Part shown: positions 1 through 13,832 of the stretch, one piece after another | Numbering within the stretch: position 1 is the stretch's first letter | Layout: each line of letters starts with the position of its first letter | DNA from: Pristiophorus japonicus | Taxonomy: Eukaryota | DNA length: 64,000 nucleotides | Assembly: GCF_044704955.1 (NCBI RefSeq) | Contig: NC_091988.1 | Span: 75,392,001 to 75,456,000 of the forward strand | Direction of reading: 5' to 3' | The notes under the pieces: model-generated | Database searches by the model: none | What the model saw: the letters and a program-made list of their open reading frames with translations, nothing else | Told to the model about the DNA's origin: nothing | Translations under genes and position numbers: made by a program

Positions 1-478
1 GCACCAGTTCCAACTGTCACAGGACGGGAGAGTGGAGAGCACCAGTTCCAACAGTCACAGGACGGGAGAGTGGAGAGCACCAGTTCCCACTGTCACAGGA
101 CGGGAGAGTGGAGAGCACCAGTTCTCACTGTCACAGGACGGGAGAGTGGAGAGCACCAGATCCAACAGTCACAGGACGGGAGAGTGGAGAGCACCAGTTC
201 CCACTGTCACAGGACAGAGAGTGGAGAGCACCAGTTCCAACTGTCACAGGACGGGAGAGTGGAGAGCACCAGTTCCAACTGTCACAGGACGGGAGAGTGG
301 CGAGCACCAGTTCGAACAGTCACAGGACGGGAGAGTGGAGAGCACCAGTTCCAACTGTCACAGGACGGGAGAGTGGAGAGCACCAGTTCCCACTGTCACA
401 GGACGGGAGAGTGGAGAGCACCAGTTCCCACTGTCACAGGACGGGAGAGTGGAGAGCACCAGTTCCCACTGTCACAGG
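1..478. repeat. 38-bp minisatellite (GCACCAGTTCCAACTGTCACAGGACGGGAGAGTGGAGA), about 12.5 copies, runs off the window start
   Basis: Direct head-to-tail repeats with few substitutions and no spacers. Confidence 0.95.
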
Positions 479-1566
479 AGCATCCAGTCGGGCCCCGGTA
501 ACTGCCCCCAAAGGAAGTGGAGTGTGGGAAATTGCACTCCGCTTCCATTGAGGGCTGGTAAGGCCAATTCTGCGGCGGGAGCAGGACTTCCACGGTGGGG
601 GCTAAAATGCCCTGCCCCAGAAGGTTACCGCCCCCAAGGTGCGAGCCTGTGCGGGGAGGCAGAGGGAAGTTGAGGGGAGACGGGGGCGGGGGATGGAGAG
701 GAGAGTGGTGGAGGTGGGGGGCGGAGAAACCCAGGGCGGGGGACAGGAGGGGCCACATTGCAGCGGAGGTCTGGGGGGGCGGAGTGTGTTGGAGGGGCAG
801 GCCTGGGGGCTCTGTGCCTCGGTGCGGGGAGTGTTCACAGTGGGGTGGACGGGTTGACTGCACAGATGGCGGTTGGTGGATGTGGTGTGGTTGGCGTCGC
901 GGGGGCCTGGCTCCGGGGTGGCCGGGGCTCGGGGCTCGACATCCGGGGGCTGTTCGGCATTTGGGAAGGATTCTGACGGGACAAAGCGGGTTGGGTGCGG
1001 GGGGAGTGTTCCCGGTGTTGGGTGGATCCGGAGGCGGGGGGGTGGCACGCTCTTGGGATGGGGCGTGGGCTGTTCGGAGCTGGGATTGGAAGAGACTTCT
1101 TCACTTGGGAGTTGTTGGCCTGTGGGGTTCCCTGCCGCGGAGAGTTGTTGATGTCAGTTCAATGGATGTGTTCGGGAGGGAGTTGGATGTGGTCCTTGCG
1201 GCTGGGGAGATCGGGGGGGTGTGGAGGGGGCGTGGGGGGGAGGTGCTGGGGTGGGTGATCAGCCATGATCTTGTTGAATGGCGGTGCAGGCTCGAAGAGC
1301 CAAATAGCCTACTCCTGGGTAAATAGGAGCAACTCTTTGATAGAAAATACAGAACAAGTGCCCATGAATGTAGAATTTGATTTAAGATGAGCAAATTAAA
1401 AGTGAATGCAGGAAAATCTTCACGCAAAGGTTCTGAGAATGTCGAGCTTACTATCCCAGAAGGCCATAGATACAGAATCAATTGTGATGTTTAAAATAGA
1501 GAGAGACGCTTACTGTGGGACAAAGGCGACTAGGGGATGTGGACAGAAGGCAGAGAATTTCGATTA

Positions 1567-4500
1567 CATAGAAACATAGAAAATAGGTGCAGGAGTAGAC
1601 CATTCGGCCCTTCGAGCCTGCACCACCATTCAATATGATCATGGTTAATCATGCAACTTCAGTACCCCATTCCTGTTTTCTCTCCATACATCTTGATCCC
1701 TTTAGCCGTAATGGTCACATCTAACTCCCTTTTGAATATATCTAACGAACTGGCCTCAACAACTCTCTGCGGTAGAGAATTCCACAAGTTCACAATTCTC
1801 TGAGTGAAGAAGTTTCTCTTTATCTCGGTTCTAAATGGCTTACCCCTTATCCTTAGACTGTGATCCCTGGTTCTGGACTTTCCCAACATCGGGAACATTC
1901 TTCCTCCATCTAACTTGTATAATCCCGTCAGAATTTTATATGTTTCTATGAGAACCCCTCTCATTCTTCTAAATTCCAGTGAATATAAGCCTAGTCGATC
2001 CAATCTTTCTTCATATGTCAGTCCTGTCATCCCGGGAATCAGTCTGGTGAACATTTGCTGCACTCCCTCAATAGCAAGAATGTCCTTCCTCAGATTAGGA
2101 GACCAAAACTGTAAATAATATTCAAGGTGTAGCCTCACCAAGGCCCTGTTCAATTGCAGTAAGAACTCCCTGCTCTTATACTCAAATCCTCTAGCTATGA
2201 ATGCCCACATGCTATTTGCCTTCTTCACCGCCTGCTGTACCTGCATGCCAACTTTCAGTGACTGATGTACCATGATACCCAGCTTTCGTTGCACCTTCCC
2301 TTTTCCTAATCTGTCACCATTCAGATAATATTCTGCCTTCCTGTTTTTGCCACCAAAATGGATAACCTCACATTTATCTACATTATACTGCATCTGCCAT
2401 ACGTTTGCCCACTCACCTAACCTGTCCAAGTCACCCTGCAGCCTCTTAGCATCCTCCTCACAGCTCACACTGCCACCCAGCTTAGTGTCATCTGCAAACT
2501 TGGAGATATTACATTCAATTCCTTCGTCTAAATCATTAATGTATATTGTAAATAGCTGGGGTCCTGAACCTTGCAGTACCCCACTAGTGACTGCCTGCCA
2601 TTCTGAAAAGGTCACATTTATTCTTACTCTGTGCTTCCTGTCTGCCAACCAGTTCTCTATCCACGTCAGTACATTACCCCAATACCATGTGCTTTAATTT
2701 TGCACACTAATCTCTTGTGTGGGACCTTGTCAAAAGCCTTTTGAAAGTCCAAATACACCACATCCACTGGTTCGCCCTTGTCCACTCTAATAGTTACATT
2801 CTCAAAAAGCTCTAGAAGATTTGTCAAGCAGGATTTCCCTTTCATAAATCCATGCTGACTTGGACCGATGCTCTCACTGCTTTCCAAATGCGCTGCTATT
2901 TCATCTTTAATAATTGATTCCATCATTTTCCACACTACCGATGTCAGGCTAACCGGTCTATAATTTCCTGTTTTCTCTCTCCCTCTTTTTTTAAAAAGTG
3001 GGGTTACATTAGCTACCCTTCAATCCATAGGAACTGATCCAGAGTCTATAGAATGTTGGAAAATGACCACCAATGCATCCACTATTTCTAGGGCCATTTC
3101 CTTAAGGATTCTGGGATGCAGACTATCAGGCCCTGGGGATTTAATGCCCTTCAATCCCATCAATTTCCCTAACACAATTTCCTGACTAATAAGGATTTCC
3201 TTCAGTTCCTCCTTCTCGCTAGACCCTTGGTCCTCTATTATTTTCGGGAGGTTATTCATGTCTTCCTTAGTGAAGACAGAACCAAAGTATTTGTTTAATT
3301 GGTTGCCATTTCCTTGTTACCCATTATGAACTCACCTGATTCTGACTGCAAGGGACCTACATTAGTCTTCACTAATCTTTTTCTCTTCATATTTCTATTG
3401 AAGCTTTTGCAGTCAGTTTTTATGTTCCCTGCAAGCTTACTCTTGTACTCTATTTTCTCCCTCCTAATAACCCTTAGTCCTCCTCTGCTGGATTCTAAAT
3501 TTCTCCCAGTCCTCAGGTTTGCTACTTTTTCTGGCCAATTTATATGCCTCTTCCTTGGATTTAACACTATCCCTAATTACCCTTGTTAACCACAGTTGAG
3601 CCACCTTCCACTTTTTAGTTTTATTCCAGACAGGGATGTACAATTGTTGTAGTTCATCCATGTGATCTTTAAATATCTGGCATTGCCTATCCGTCAGCCC
3701 TTTAAGTATCATTCACCAGTCTATCCTAGCCAATTCGCGACTCATACCATCAAAGTTACCTTTCTTTAAGTTCAGGACCCTAGTCTCTGAATTAACTGTG
3801 TCACTCTCCATCTTAATGAAGAATTCTACCATATTATGGTCGCTCTTCCCCAAGGGGCCTCGCATGACCAGATTGCTAATTAATCCTCTCTTATTACACT
3901 AGACCCAATCTAGGATGGCCTGCTCTCTAGTTGGTTCCTCGAGATATTGGTCTAGAAAACCATCCCTTATACACTCCAGGAAATCCTCCTCCACAGTACT
4001 GCTACCAGTCTGGTTGGCCCAATCTATATGTAGGTTAAGGTCACCCAGGATAACTGCTGTACCCTTATTGCATGCATCCCTAATTTCCTGTGTGATGCCA
4101 TCCCCAACCTCCCTACTAGTTTGCTGGTCTGTACACAACTCCCACTAACATTTTCTGCCCTTTGGTGTTTCGCAGCTCTACCCATATAGATTCCACATCA
4201 TCCAAGTTAATGTCCTTCCTTACTATTGTTAATCTCTTCTTTAACCAGTAAAGCTACCCCACCTCCTTTTCCTTCCTGTCTATCCTTCCTGAATATTGAA
4301 TACCCCTGGATGTTGAGTTCCCAGCCTTGGTTATCTTGGAGCCATGTCTCCGTAATCCCAATTACATCATATCTGTTAAGAGCTATCTGCGCAGTTAATA
4401 CGTCCACCTTATTACGAATGCTTCTCGCATTGAGACTCAGAGCCTTCAGGTTTGTTTTTTAACATTCTTTGTCCTTTTAGAATTATGTTGCAATGTGGCC

Positions 4501-5115
4501 CTTTTTGATTTTGCCCTTGATTTCTCTGCCCTCCACTCTTGTTTTTCTCCTTCCCACCTTTTGCTACTGCCCCCTTTTTACTTCCCTCTGCCTCCCTGCA
4601 TAGATTCCCATCCCCCTGCCATATTAGTTTAAACCCTCCCAACAGCACTAGCAAACATTCCGGTCCTGCCAGGTGCAGACCCTCCGGTTTATACTCATCC
4701 CACCTCCCCAAGAACCGGTTCCAATGTCCCAGGAATTTGAATCCCTCCTCCTTGCACCACTCCTCATGCCACATATTCATCTGAGCTATCCTGCTATTCC
4801 TACTCTGACTAGCACGTGGCACTGGTAGCAATCCTGAGATTACTACCTTTGAGGTCCTACTTTTTAATTTAACCCTAGCTCCCTAAATTCAGCTTGTAGG
4901 ACCTCATCCCGTTTTTTACCTATATTGTTGGTACCTATATGCACCACGACAGCTGGCTGTTCACCCTCCCCCTCCAGAATGCCCTGCAGCAGCTCTGAGG
5001 CATCCTTGACCCTTGCACTGGGAGGCAACATACCATCCTGGAGTCTCATTTGCGGCCACAGAAACATCTACCTATTCCCCTTACAATAGAATCCCCTATC
5101 ACTGTAGCTCTCCCA
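1567..5115 (-). mobile_element. CR1 LINE, 5'-truncated within ORF1: SGNH esterase ORF1 part plus fragmented endonuclease/RT ORF2
   Basis: VVVHIGTNNIG (ORF1), GITETWL (APE endonuclease), YLDFQKAFDKVPH and KFADDTKL (RT). 3' tail (TTCTATGT)n at about 1567-1582. Multiple frameshifts. Confidence 0.95.
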
Positions 5116-5394
5116 GGTTTAGAAAGATGAAGAGCTGCCATGGCCAACAAAATGGTAGGCTCGATGGGTCAAATGGACATTTCTGGATTAATTACCAATG
5201 TAACTTAGTTGAGAGAAAATTAGCCTCTGCTTAATAGACACAATGTAGTGGATTAAGTGAGGGAGGCCATCAAAGTGCCTCTTGCCGGTTCATGCTGTGT
5301 CGGTGAGGAGTTCATGAACTCAATCAAGTCTTCATGCAAAATCCATTAAATTCTTTATTCAAATTGGAGAATGAAAAATTTACTGCAAACCCAC

Positions 5395-5484
5395 CTCATT
5401 TTCTTCTTTTGTTAACAAATATGGATCCAAGTGTCCCAATGCTACATTAGGCAGAAGGCGATAGAACACTCTGGCAATGAACAC
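5395..5484 (-). CDS. mgll: MGLL-like paralog A, coding exon 5 (90 nt; VFIARVFYRLLPNVALGHLDPYLLTKEENE), cap/lid region
   Basis: Not in the ORF track; read directly. Acceptor CTGCAG|, donor GAG|GTGGG, phase 0/0. Aligns to human [30 protein letters not shown], also 30 codons. Confidence 0.9.
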
Positions 5485-5589
5485 CTGCAGTGGAGAAAGC
5501 AAAGCAAGTCTGGGTAAGTCTATGTCCTTGTTTGGATCCATGCTTCATCAATCACTGGAAGGATGCCATTGTCCTTGAGCAATCGAAAT

Positions 5590-6005
5590 GAACGTTAAAG
5601 GGCACACCTGGAACACTGTGAGCAGTTCTGGGCACCACATCTTAGAAAGGATATATTGGAGAGAGTGCAGCATAGGCTTACCAGAAAGGTGCCCTGATTC
5701 CTGTTGTTAAATTATGAGGAGAGATTACACAAATTAATCCCTGGAATGTAGATGGTTAGGGGGTTATTTGAACAAAGTTTTCAAGATATTAAAGAGAACC
5801 GGTAGGCTAGATAGAGAGAAACTATTTCAACCGGTTGGGGATTCTAGGACTAGGGGGCATAGTCTAAAAATTAGAGCCAGGCCTTTCAAGAGTGAAATTA
5901 GGAAACACTTCTACAAACAATGGATGGCAGAAGTTTGGAACTCTCTTCTGCAAACAGCAGTTGATGCTAGATCAATATGTTAATTTTAAATCTGAGATTG
6001 ATAGA
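5590..6005 (+). mobile_element. Degraded CR1 3' fragment
   Basis: Translates to VFKILK..RTRGHSLKIR..VWNSL. Confidence 0.8.
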
Positions 6006-6280
6006 TAATCTGTTTATTTGTGATGTTGGTTGAGGGATAAATACTTACCAGGACACTGGGGATAACTCCCCTGCTCTTCTTCAAAATAGTGCCAAAGGAT
6101 TCTTTGACGTCCGCCTGAGAGAGCAGACAGGGCCTCGGTTTAACGTCTCATCCGAAAGACAGAACCTCCGACAGTGCAGCGCTCCCTCAGTACTGCACTG
6201 GAAGTGTCAGCCGAGATTTTGTGCTCAAGTCTCTGGAGTGGGTCTTGAACCCACAACCTTCTGACTCAGAGGCAAGAGAG
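6006..6280 (-). mobile_element. tRNA-derived Deu-domain SINE (SacSINE1/AmnSINE1-like), partial
   Basis: tRNA-like head (tgagtcagaaggttgtgggttcaag.cccactccagagac) followed by the core shared with other copies in this window. Family name is from recall. Confidence 0.75.
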
Positions 6281-7659
6281 AAGAAATAGTAATTAAGCCC
6301 AGCTCATTATGATATCCAGCTCCTTTTTAGAACCTGTTCTGTCCTTCATACTCAAAACCCACATCGTTCTATTCTTTGTTGAATCGGCAATTGCCTCAGC
6401 TTCAGTCTGTAGATGGATGACACACAAAATGTGGTAAAAGATTGCAACTCACTTCTGAAAACAGCTGGATGATTCTGGGTCAATTGGTCATTTTAAATCT
6501 GAGAGTGATAGATTTTTGTTGACTAAAGGTGTTAAGGGATGTGGGGCAAAGGCGGGTATATGGAGTTAGGTCACAGATCAGCCATGATCCCATTGAATGG
6601 CGGAACAGGCTCACGGGGCCGAACGGTCTATTCCTGTTCCTATGTTCCTGCAAATTTGAGAGCCTGGTTCAGAGCGCGTATCAGGAACTCAGGCATGAAG
6701 GTTATTGACCCTCATAGGACTCCCCATCCATTGGATGAAAATTCCTGGGCGAGACCCTTGACTTCTACAGTTAAATTCCTGATACGCACTTGCCACTAGC
6801 TCCAGCTGTAACTCAGGAGATCAAATTCACAGAGCAAGAAACAAGTTAGATTTTGGGATATATCAAAATACCATTGGAAGTTACAATTTAAAAAAAAATT
6901 GTTCCTGGGATGTGGGCGTTTCTGGCAAGGCCAACATTTATTGCCCATCCCTACTTGCACTTGTGAAGGTGGTGGTGAGCTGCCTTCTTGAACCGCTGCA
7001 GTCTGTGTGGTGAAGGTGCTCCCGCAGTGCTGTATTGACCCTGGAACTCCCTCCCTAATAGCACTGGGAGACATGAGTTCAAAGACCTGAGTAGCCTTTT
7101 ATTATCAGTGACTTTTCTTTGAGGACAAGTTAATAAAGGTAGGCCTTGCTTTTGTTTAGAAAAGAGGAGAGTTTGAGGGTACAAGGACAACTGATAAAAG
7201 TCGACAAGGGCAAATTGATTCAAGTGCCAGTGGGGGTATGTACTTAAAAGTGAGAAAGTTAAGAGTGTGAAGAGAAGTCCGACAGAACTTCTTCATCCAA
7301 AGGGACATAGATTTATGGAATAGGGCGACAGGGTAGACCAATGTGTCAGCGAGGCTGAGGTAGTGGCCAAGGCAACACTGACAACACACACAGCTTGTCA
7401 ATCCAAATCTCACTTTAGAATTCTGGCACATGATCTCAGCTGTCACACCTCATTCAATACTGAGCGAGTGGATGAGGCACAAAACTGAGTCCTCGTCTGC
7501 CCGTTCAGGTAGATGTTTAAGATCTCTTTGTGGTTTTCAAAGAAGAATAGGGGAGTTCACCCAGTGTCCTGGCCAAATTCCTCCCTCAACTATTATCCAC
7601 ACCCTGCCCCACCAAAAAACATGCTAACTGATCATTCATTTCATTGCTGTTTGTGAGGA

Positions 7660-8315
7660 CATGTTCAAATGACTGGACGAGTAATGCAGAGGCCAGGACT
7701 AATAATCCTGAGAACGTGAGTTCAAATCCCACCATGAACATTTCAATTCAGTTTATAAAAACCTGGAAATAAAAATCCGGTCTCATTCATAGAATCATAG
7801 AAGTTTACAGCACGGAAGGAGGCCATTCGGCCCATCTTGCCCGTGCCGGCATGACAAGCAGCTATCCAGTCTAATCCTACTTTTCAGCTCTCAGTACGTA
7901 GCCCTGTAGATTACGGCACTTCAAGTGCACATCCAAGTACTTTTTAAATGGGGTGAGGGTTTCTGCCTCTACCACCCTTTCAGGCAGTGAGTTCCAGACC
8001 CCTACCACCCTCATTGAAAGTAATCACAGAGCTGGCGGATTGTGGTAAAAACCCACCTGGTTCACTGATGTCCTTTAGGGAAGGGAACCTGCTGTCCTTA
8101 CCCATCCTGGTCTACATGCGACTCCAGTCCCACACCAATGTGCTTGATTCTTAACTTCCCCCCTGAAGTGGCCTGGCAAGCCACTCAGTTGTATCAAACC
8201 GCTGCACCACATGGATTGCAATGGTTCAAGAAGACCCATCACCAGCACCTTCTCAGGGCAACTGGGGACGGGCAATAAATGCCGGCCTTGTCAGTGACGC
8301 ACGAATCCCTAAAAT
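7660..8315 (+). mobile_element. tRNA-headed SINE sharing its 3' tail with the LINE at 23237-24545, interrupted by a CR1 3' fragment (about 7785-8012, minus)
   Basis: B-box-like gagttcaaatccc. Tail caccttctcagggcaact...ggcaataaatgccggccttg matches the LINE 3' end. Confidence 0.6.
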
Positions 8316-8932
8316 GAATGGCCTGAAAATTGCGGCCTCTCTGGGTGTGTACGATGTACGCACGCACCCGAAGAGATCTCGCAAATGCCAGATCTCGACG
8401 CGTGTTTTGCATGCACCGAGAACCGGCTTTTGCAATGTCAAAATGTGAACGCTGCCAGTGGGGAAGGGAGGGAGACGGGACCTGGGTTCCCGACGGATTT
8501 TTGCCGCCGTCCGCCCACCTTGCTGCCGATCGCCGGGACAGTCTGGGGCAAGTTGTAGGTGGAGCAGTGGTGGACTTTGAGTGGAGCGAGGGAAGGCACC
8601 AATGCCCCAGCCCTTGTTTTATTTTAAAGACACGCTCATGTCATGACTTAGAAAAAAAGAATCTCTTTCTCTTCAAGACTTTTCTGCAGCGGGGTTGCGA
8701 GGTGTGATATGGACCGGCGCACTGAAGAGAAAGCCACCTCTCGCTGCCCGTCTCCTGGGTGAAGAGCAGCTGCTTGTCCAGGGTTCCCTTTGGGTGCCGG
8801 TGGAACAGAATCCCACCCATAATTGGGGCCTTCAGGAACGGGGAATTTGAAATTGGTGAAACTGTGCCCGGGGGCAGGAGAATTCTTTCAATAGACAATT
8901 CAGGGCATTTGAAGAGTCTGCTGTGCTTTTAC

Positions 8933-9043
8933 CTTCACAGGCGTTGCGGCCTCGGGATTCATTAACAGCAAGGGTGCCATAAAAATTACCCCAGCAATGT
9001 CTTCTGGTCTCTCGTCTATTATATAGATTGCTATCAATCCTCC
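8933..9043 (-). CDS. mgll: MGLL-like paralog A, coding exon 4 (111 nt; GGLIAIYIIDERPEDIAGVIFMAPLLLMNPEAATPVK)
   Basis: Acceptor CTTTCAG|, donor AAG|GTAAAA. Aligns to human [37 protein letters not shown]. Confidence 0.95.
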
Positions 9044-9234
9044 CTGAAAGGCAAGAGGAGATAGAGTTAAGATAGCAGCGCGGTTAGGCAAAGCCCTTAT
9101 TAAGCTCAGGTGGAGATATTATAGCTCAGTGGGCGAAGGTACTGCTCAATGTAGTGCAAGGCCACACAGGTCGGAAGGGGACAGCTGTGATTCCTGGTCC
9201 GTACTGGGACAATCTTGGCCAGAAGTGAGGGGGT

Positions 9235-9680
9235 TGACTTAGGAAGATAGGTTGAGTAGGTTGGGCCTATATTCATTGAAGTTGAGAAGAATGAGAGGTG
9301 ATCTTATCGAAATATATAAGATAATGAGCGGGCTCGCTCGACAAGGTGGATGCAGAGAGGACATTTCCACTCATAGGGGAATCTAAAACTAGGGGGCATA
9401 GTCTCAGAATAAGCGGCCGCCCATTTAAAACTGAGATGAGGAGGAAGAGAGTTGTCAATCTATGGAATGCTCTGCCCCAGAGAGCTGTGGAGGCTGGGTC
9501 ATTGAATATATTTAAGGTGGAGACAGGCAGTTTCTTAACCAATAAGGGAATAAAGGGTTATGGGGAGTGGGCAGGGAAGTGGAGCTGAGTCCATGATCAG
9601 ATCAGCCATGATCGTATTAAATGGCGGAGCAGAATAAAGGACCAAATGGCCTACTCCTGCTCCTATTTCTTATGTTTTTA
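9235..9680 (+). mobile_element. CR1 3' fragment
   Basis: KTRGHSLRI...VVNLWNALP and a TTCTTATG-type tail. Confidence 0.88.
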
Positions 9681-9925
9681 TGTATCTAACCTGTGCTGTA
9701 TCTGCCCTGCGAGTATTTGTTGGGACAGTATAGAGGGAGTTTTATTCTGTATCTAACCTGTGCTGTACCTGCCCTGGGAGTGTTTGATGGGACAGTATAG
9801 AGGGAGTTTTACTCTGTATCTAACCCGTGCTGTCCCTGCCCTGGGAGTGTTTGATGGGATAGTGTAGAGGGAACTTTACTCTGTATCTAACCCATGCTGT
9901 ACCTTCTCAGGGAATGATTGATGCT
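9681..9925. repeat. 67-bp tandem repeat, about 3.6 copies
   Basis: TGTATCTAACC recurs at 9681, 9748, 9815 and 9882. Confidence 0.9.
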
Positions 9926-10071
9926 GACAATAACTTTTCAAAATGGAACATGTTCCATTTCACAGAATTAACAGCCCCCAACTTGATGAACACAAAATTG
10001 ATGTGAAAAAAAATTAACCATCTGAGCTCGTGTGTGAATTAAAAGCAGAATATGGGTGTAACTTGGGAATA

Positions 10072-11395
10072 AAACATAACACAAGAATTAGGAGCAGGAG
10101 TCGGCCATTCAGCCCCTCAAGCCTGCTCTGCAATTCAATAAGATCATGGCTGATCTTCCACCTCAACTCCACTTTCCTGCACTATCCCCATATCCCTTGA
10201 TTCCCTTAATATTCAAAAATTTGTGTACAAGGACACCCAGGTCCCTCTGAACACCAACATTTTGCAATCTCTCACCATTTAAAAAATACACTGTTTTTCT
10301 ATTTTTCCTACCAAAGTGGATAACTTCACATTTATCCACATTATATTCCATTTGCCATGTTCTTGCCCACTCACTTAGTCTGTCTATATCCCCTTAAAGT
10401 CTCTTTGGATCTTATACACAATTTACATTCCCACCAAGCATTGTATCATCAGCAAACCTGAATATATTACATTTGGTCCCCTCATCCAAATCATTGATAT
10501 AGATTGTGAGTAGCTGAGATCCAAGCTCTGATACCTGCGGTACCCCACTAGTTACAGGCTGCCAACCCGAAAATGACCCGTTTATTCCTACTCTCTGTTT
10601 TCTAACCGTTAACCAATCTTCAATCCATGCTGGTATATTACTCCCAATCCCATGAGCCCCAATTTTGTTTAATAACCTCTTGTGTGGCACCTTATCGAAT
10701 TCCTTCTGAAAATCCAAATACACCACATCCACTGATTCTCCCTTATCTATTCTGCTAGTTCGAACCTCAAAAAACTCTAACGGATTTGTCATACATGATT
10801 TCCCTTTCATAAATCCGTGTTGACTCTGCCCAATCCTATTATGACTTCTAAGTGCCCTGTTACCACATCTTTAATAATAGATTCTAGCATTTTCCCTACT
10901 ACTGCTATAAGACTAACTGGTCTGTACTTCCCCATTTTCTCTCTCCCTCCTTTCTTAAATAGGGGGTTACATTTTCTACCTTCCAATCCAGGGGAACCAT
11001 TCTAGAATCTATGGAATTTTGGAAGATGACAACCAATGCATCCACTATCTCTATAGCCACCTCTTTCAAATCCCTAGGATATAGGCCATCAGGTCTTGGA
11101 GATTTATTGGCTTTCAGTCCCATTCATTTCTCCAGTACTTTTTTTTTACCAATACTCATTTCTTTCAGTTCCTCATTCTCGTTAGACCCTTGGTTCTCCA
11201 CTATTTCCGGGAGGTTTTTTGCTTCTTCTTCCGTGAAGACAGACACAAAGTATTTTTTTTAATTCTCTGACAATTCCTTATTTCCCATTATAATTTCGCG
11301 AATCTTTTCCTTTTTCCATATATATAGAAGCTTTTACAGTCTGTTTTTATGTCTCTTGCTAGTTTAATCTCGTATTTTATTTTCCCTTTCTGTAT
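10072..11395 (-). mobile_element. CR1 LINE fragment with internal deletion
   Basis: RT motifs YLDFQKEFDKVPH and FADDT. The sequence jumps from mid-RT to the 3' end near 10220. Confidence 0.9.
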
Positions 11396-12324
11396 CAAAA
11401 CCGACTCTCCTCTCCCAAGGAACCTCGCTGACTCTCCATCCCTCAGCTCTTACTGTTTCTATCGACTGTATCCTTTCAGTAATTGGGACCCTGCTGAGTC
11501 GGCATTGTATCGTTCTACATTGATTTGTTTTCTTTCCCCCCCCCGAGACAAAGTGTTGCTCTTCAACATGGACGAGCTGGGCATTTCAAACAGAACTCCA
11601 GCCTGAGCACAGCCACTTCAGTTGATTATATTCTGAAGCCTCTCTGTCCTGGGAGAGTGACCTGCATGTGACACTCTCCCACTGCCAACCCCCCCACCCT
11701 TTCCCTTACAATCAGGCACCAGTCCCGCTGGGCTCCACTTGCACTCCTCGTGCGGACTCAATGTTTGAAAACCTCGGCTCTACATCAGCGATTCTCACTA
11801 ACTGTTTGTTCAAACCAGTAACTTGCTCCCGGGCCACTTCCAGTAATGATGCGTGGGTCTGTGGCCTGCAACTCTCCCACACAGTGAATTCCTGATCTTA
11901 ACCATGTCCCAGTGATTAAAGAAAGACTTGCATTTATACAGCGCCTTTTGCCAACAGTGACTACACTTTAAAAGCACTTCATTGGCTGTAAAGCATTTTG
12001 GAACGTCGTGAGATCATGAAAGGCGCTTTATAAATGTAAGTCTTTCTTTGCTTCCTCTTTTTCCAGGCCTGTTTATTTCGGGGCCATAAATCTAAGATAG
12101 TTGCCAATAAATCGAATAAGGAACTCAGGAGAATTCAAGAGTGGTTAGAATGTGGAACTTGCTACCACATGGAGTAGTTGAGGTGAATAACATGAGTGCA
12201 TTTAAGGGGAAGCTGGATGAACACATGAGGGAGAAAGGAATACAAAGACATGGTGATGGGGTGAGATGAAGAAGGATAGGGGCATGGACCAGTTGGGGCA
12301 AAAGCCCTGTTTCTGTGCTGTACA

Positions 12325-13832
12325 TTCATAGAATTGTGGAATCATAGAATGGTTACAGCATGGAGGAAGGCCATTCAGCCCGTCGAGCCTGTGCCAGCTC
12401 TCTGCGAGAGCACCTCAGCTAGTCCCACTCCCCTGTCCTTTCCCCGTAGCCCTACAAAGTTTTTTCTTTCAGGTACTTATCCAATTCCCTTTTGAAAGCA
12501 GTGATTGAGTCTGCCTCCACCACCCTTTCAGGCCATGCATTCCAGATCCTAACCACTCGTTATGTTAACAATTTTTTTCTTATGTCGCCTTTGGTTCTTT
12601 TGCCACTTACCTTAAATCTGTATCCTCTGGTTCTCGACCTTCCGCCAATGAGAACAGTTTCTCTCTATCTACTCTGTGCAGGCCCCTCATGATTTTGAAC
12701 ACCGCTATCAAATCTCCTCTTAATCTTCTCTGCTCTAAGGAGAACAACCTCAGCTTCTCCAGTATATCTCCGTAACTGAAGTGCCTCAACCCTGGAATCA
12801 TTCTCGTAAATTTTTTCTGTATCCTCTCTAAGGCCTTCACATCCTTCCTAAAGTGCGGTGCCCAGAATTGGACACAATACTCCAGTTGAGGCCAAACCAG
12901 TGTTTTATACAGGTTCATCATAATTTCCACGCTTTTGTACTCTATACCTCTATTCATGAAGCCCAGGATCCCATGCTTTTTTAACCGCTGTCTCAACCTG
13001 CCCTGCCACCTTCAACGATTTGTGTACATATACCCCTAGGTCTCTCTGTTCATGCACATCCTTTAGGATTGAACCCGTTAGTTTATATTGCCTCGCCTCA
13101 TTTTTTCTACCAAAATGTATCACTTCACACTTTTCTGCATTAAATTTCATCTGCCACGTGTCTGCCCATTCCACCAGCCTGTCTCTGTCGCCTTGAAGTC
13201 TACCACTATCCTCCTCACTGTTCGCTATACTTCCAAGTTTTGTGTCATCTGCAAATTTTGAAATTGTGATTGTTCACCCACATCCAAGTCATTAATATAT
13301 ATAAAGAAAAGCAATGGCCCTAGTACTGACCCCTGGGGAACACCACTGTATACCTTCCTCCAGTCCGAAAAACAACCATTCACCACTACTCTCTGTTTCC
13401 TGTCCCTGAGACAATTTCGTGTCCAGGCTGCCACTGTCCCGCATTGCCCTCATCAACCCTCTCTGTTACCTCATCAAAAAACTCAATCAAGTTGGTTAAA
13501 CATGATTTGCCTTTAGCAAATTCATGCTGGCTTTCTTTACTTGTCCAATTGACTGTTAATTTTGTCCCTGATTATTGTTTCTGGGTTTATCTTTACACCC
13601 TTTTTGAACAAGGGTGTAACATTTGCAATTCTCCAGTCCTCTGGTACCATCCCTGTTGCTAAGGAGGATTGGAAGATTGTGGCCCGTACCTCTGTGATTT
13701 CTTCCTTCACTTCCCTCAGCGGCCCAGGATGCCTCCCATCTGGTCCTGGTAACTTATCTACTTTAATACAGCAAGCCTTTCTAGTACCTCGTCTTTATCA
13801 ATTCTCATCCCTATCCAGTATCTCCTCTAACT
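12325..13832 (-). mobile_element. CR1 LINE fragment of a second subfamily; continues at about 20730-20875
   Basis: [14 protein letters not shown] and LEYCVQFWAPH; (ATAGAATC)-type tail near 12326-12350. Confidence 0.88.

Noticed and set aside
1-478. CRISPR array (38-bp repeat)
   Set aside because: Units are contiguous with no unique spacers, there are no cas genes, and the context is vertebrate. The overlapping ORFs are repeat artefacts.
595-1326. 243-aa Gly/Trp-rich ORF
   Set aside because: G-rich low-complexity sequence fused to a CR1 3' end.
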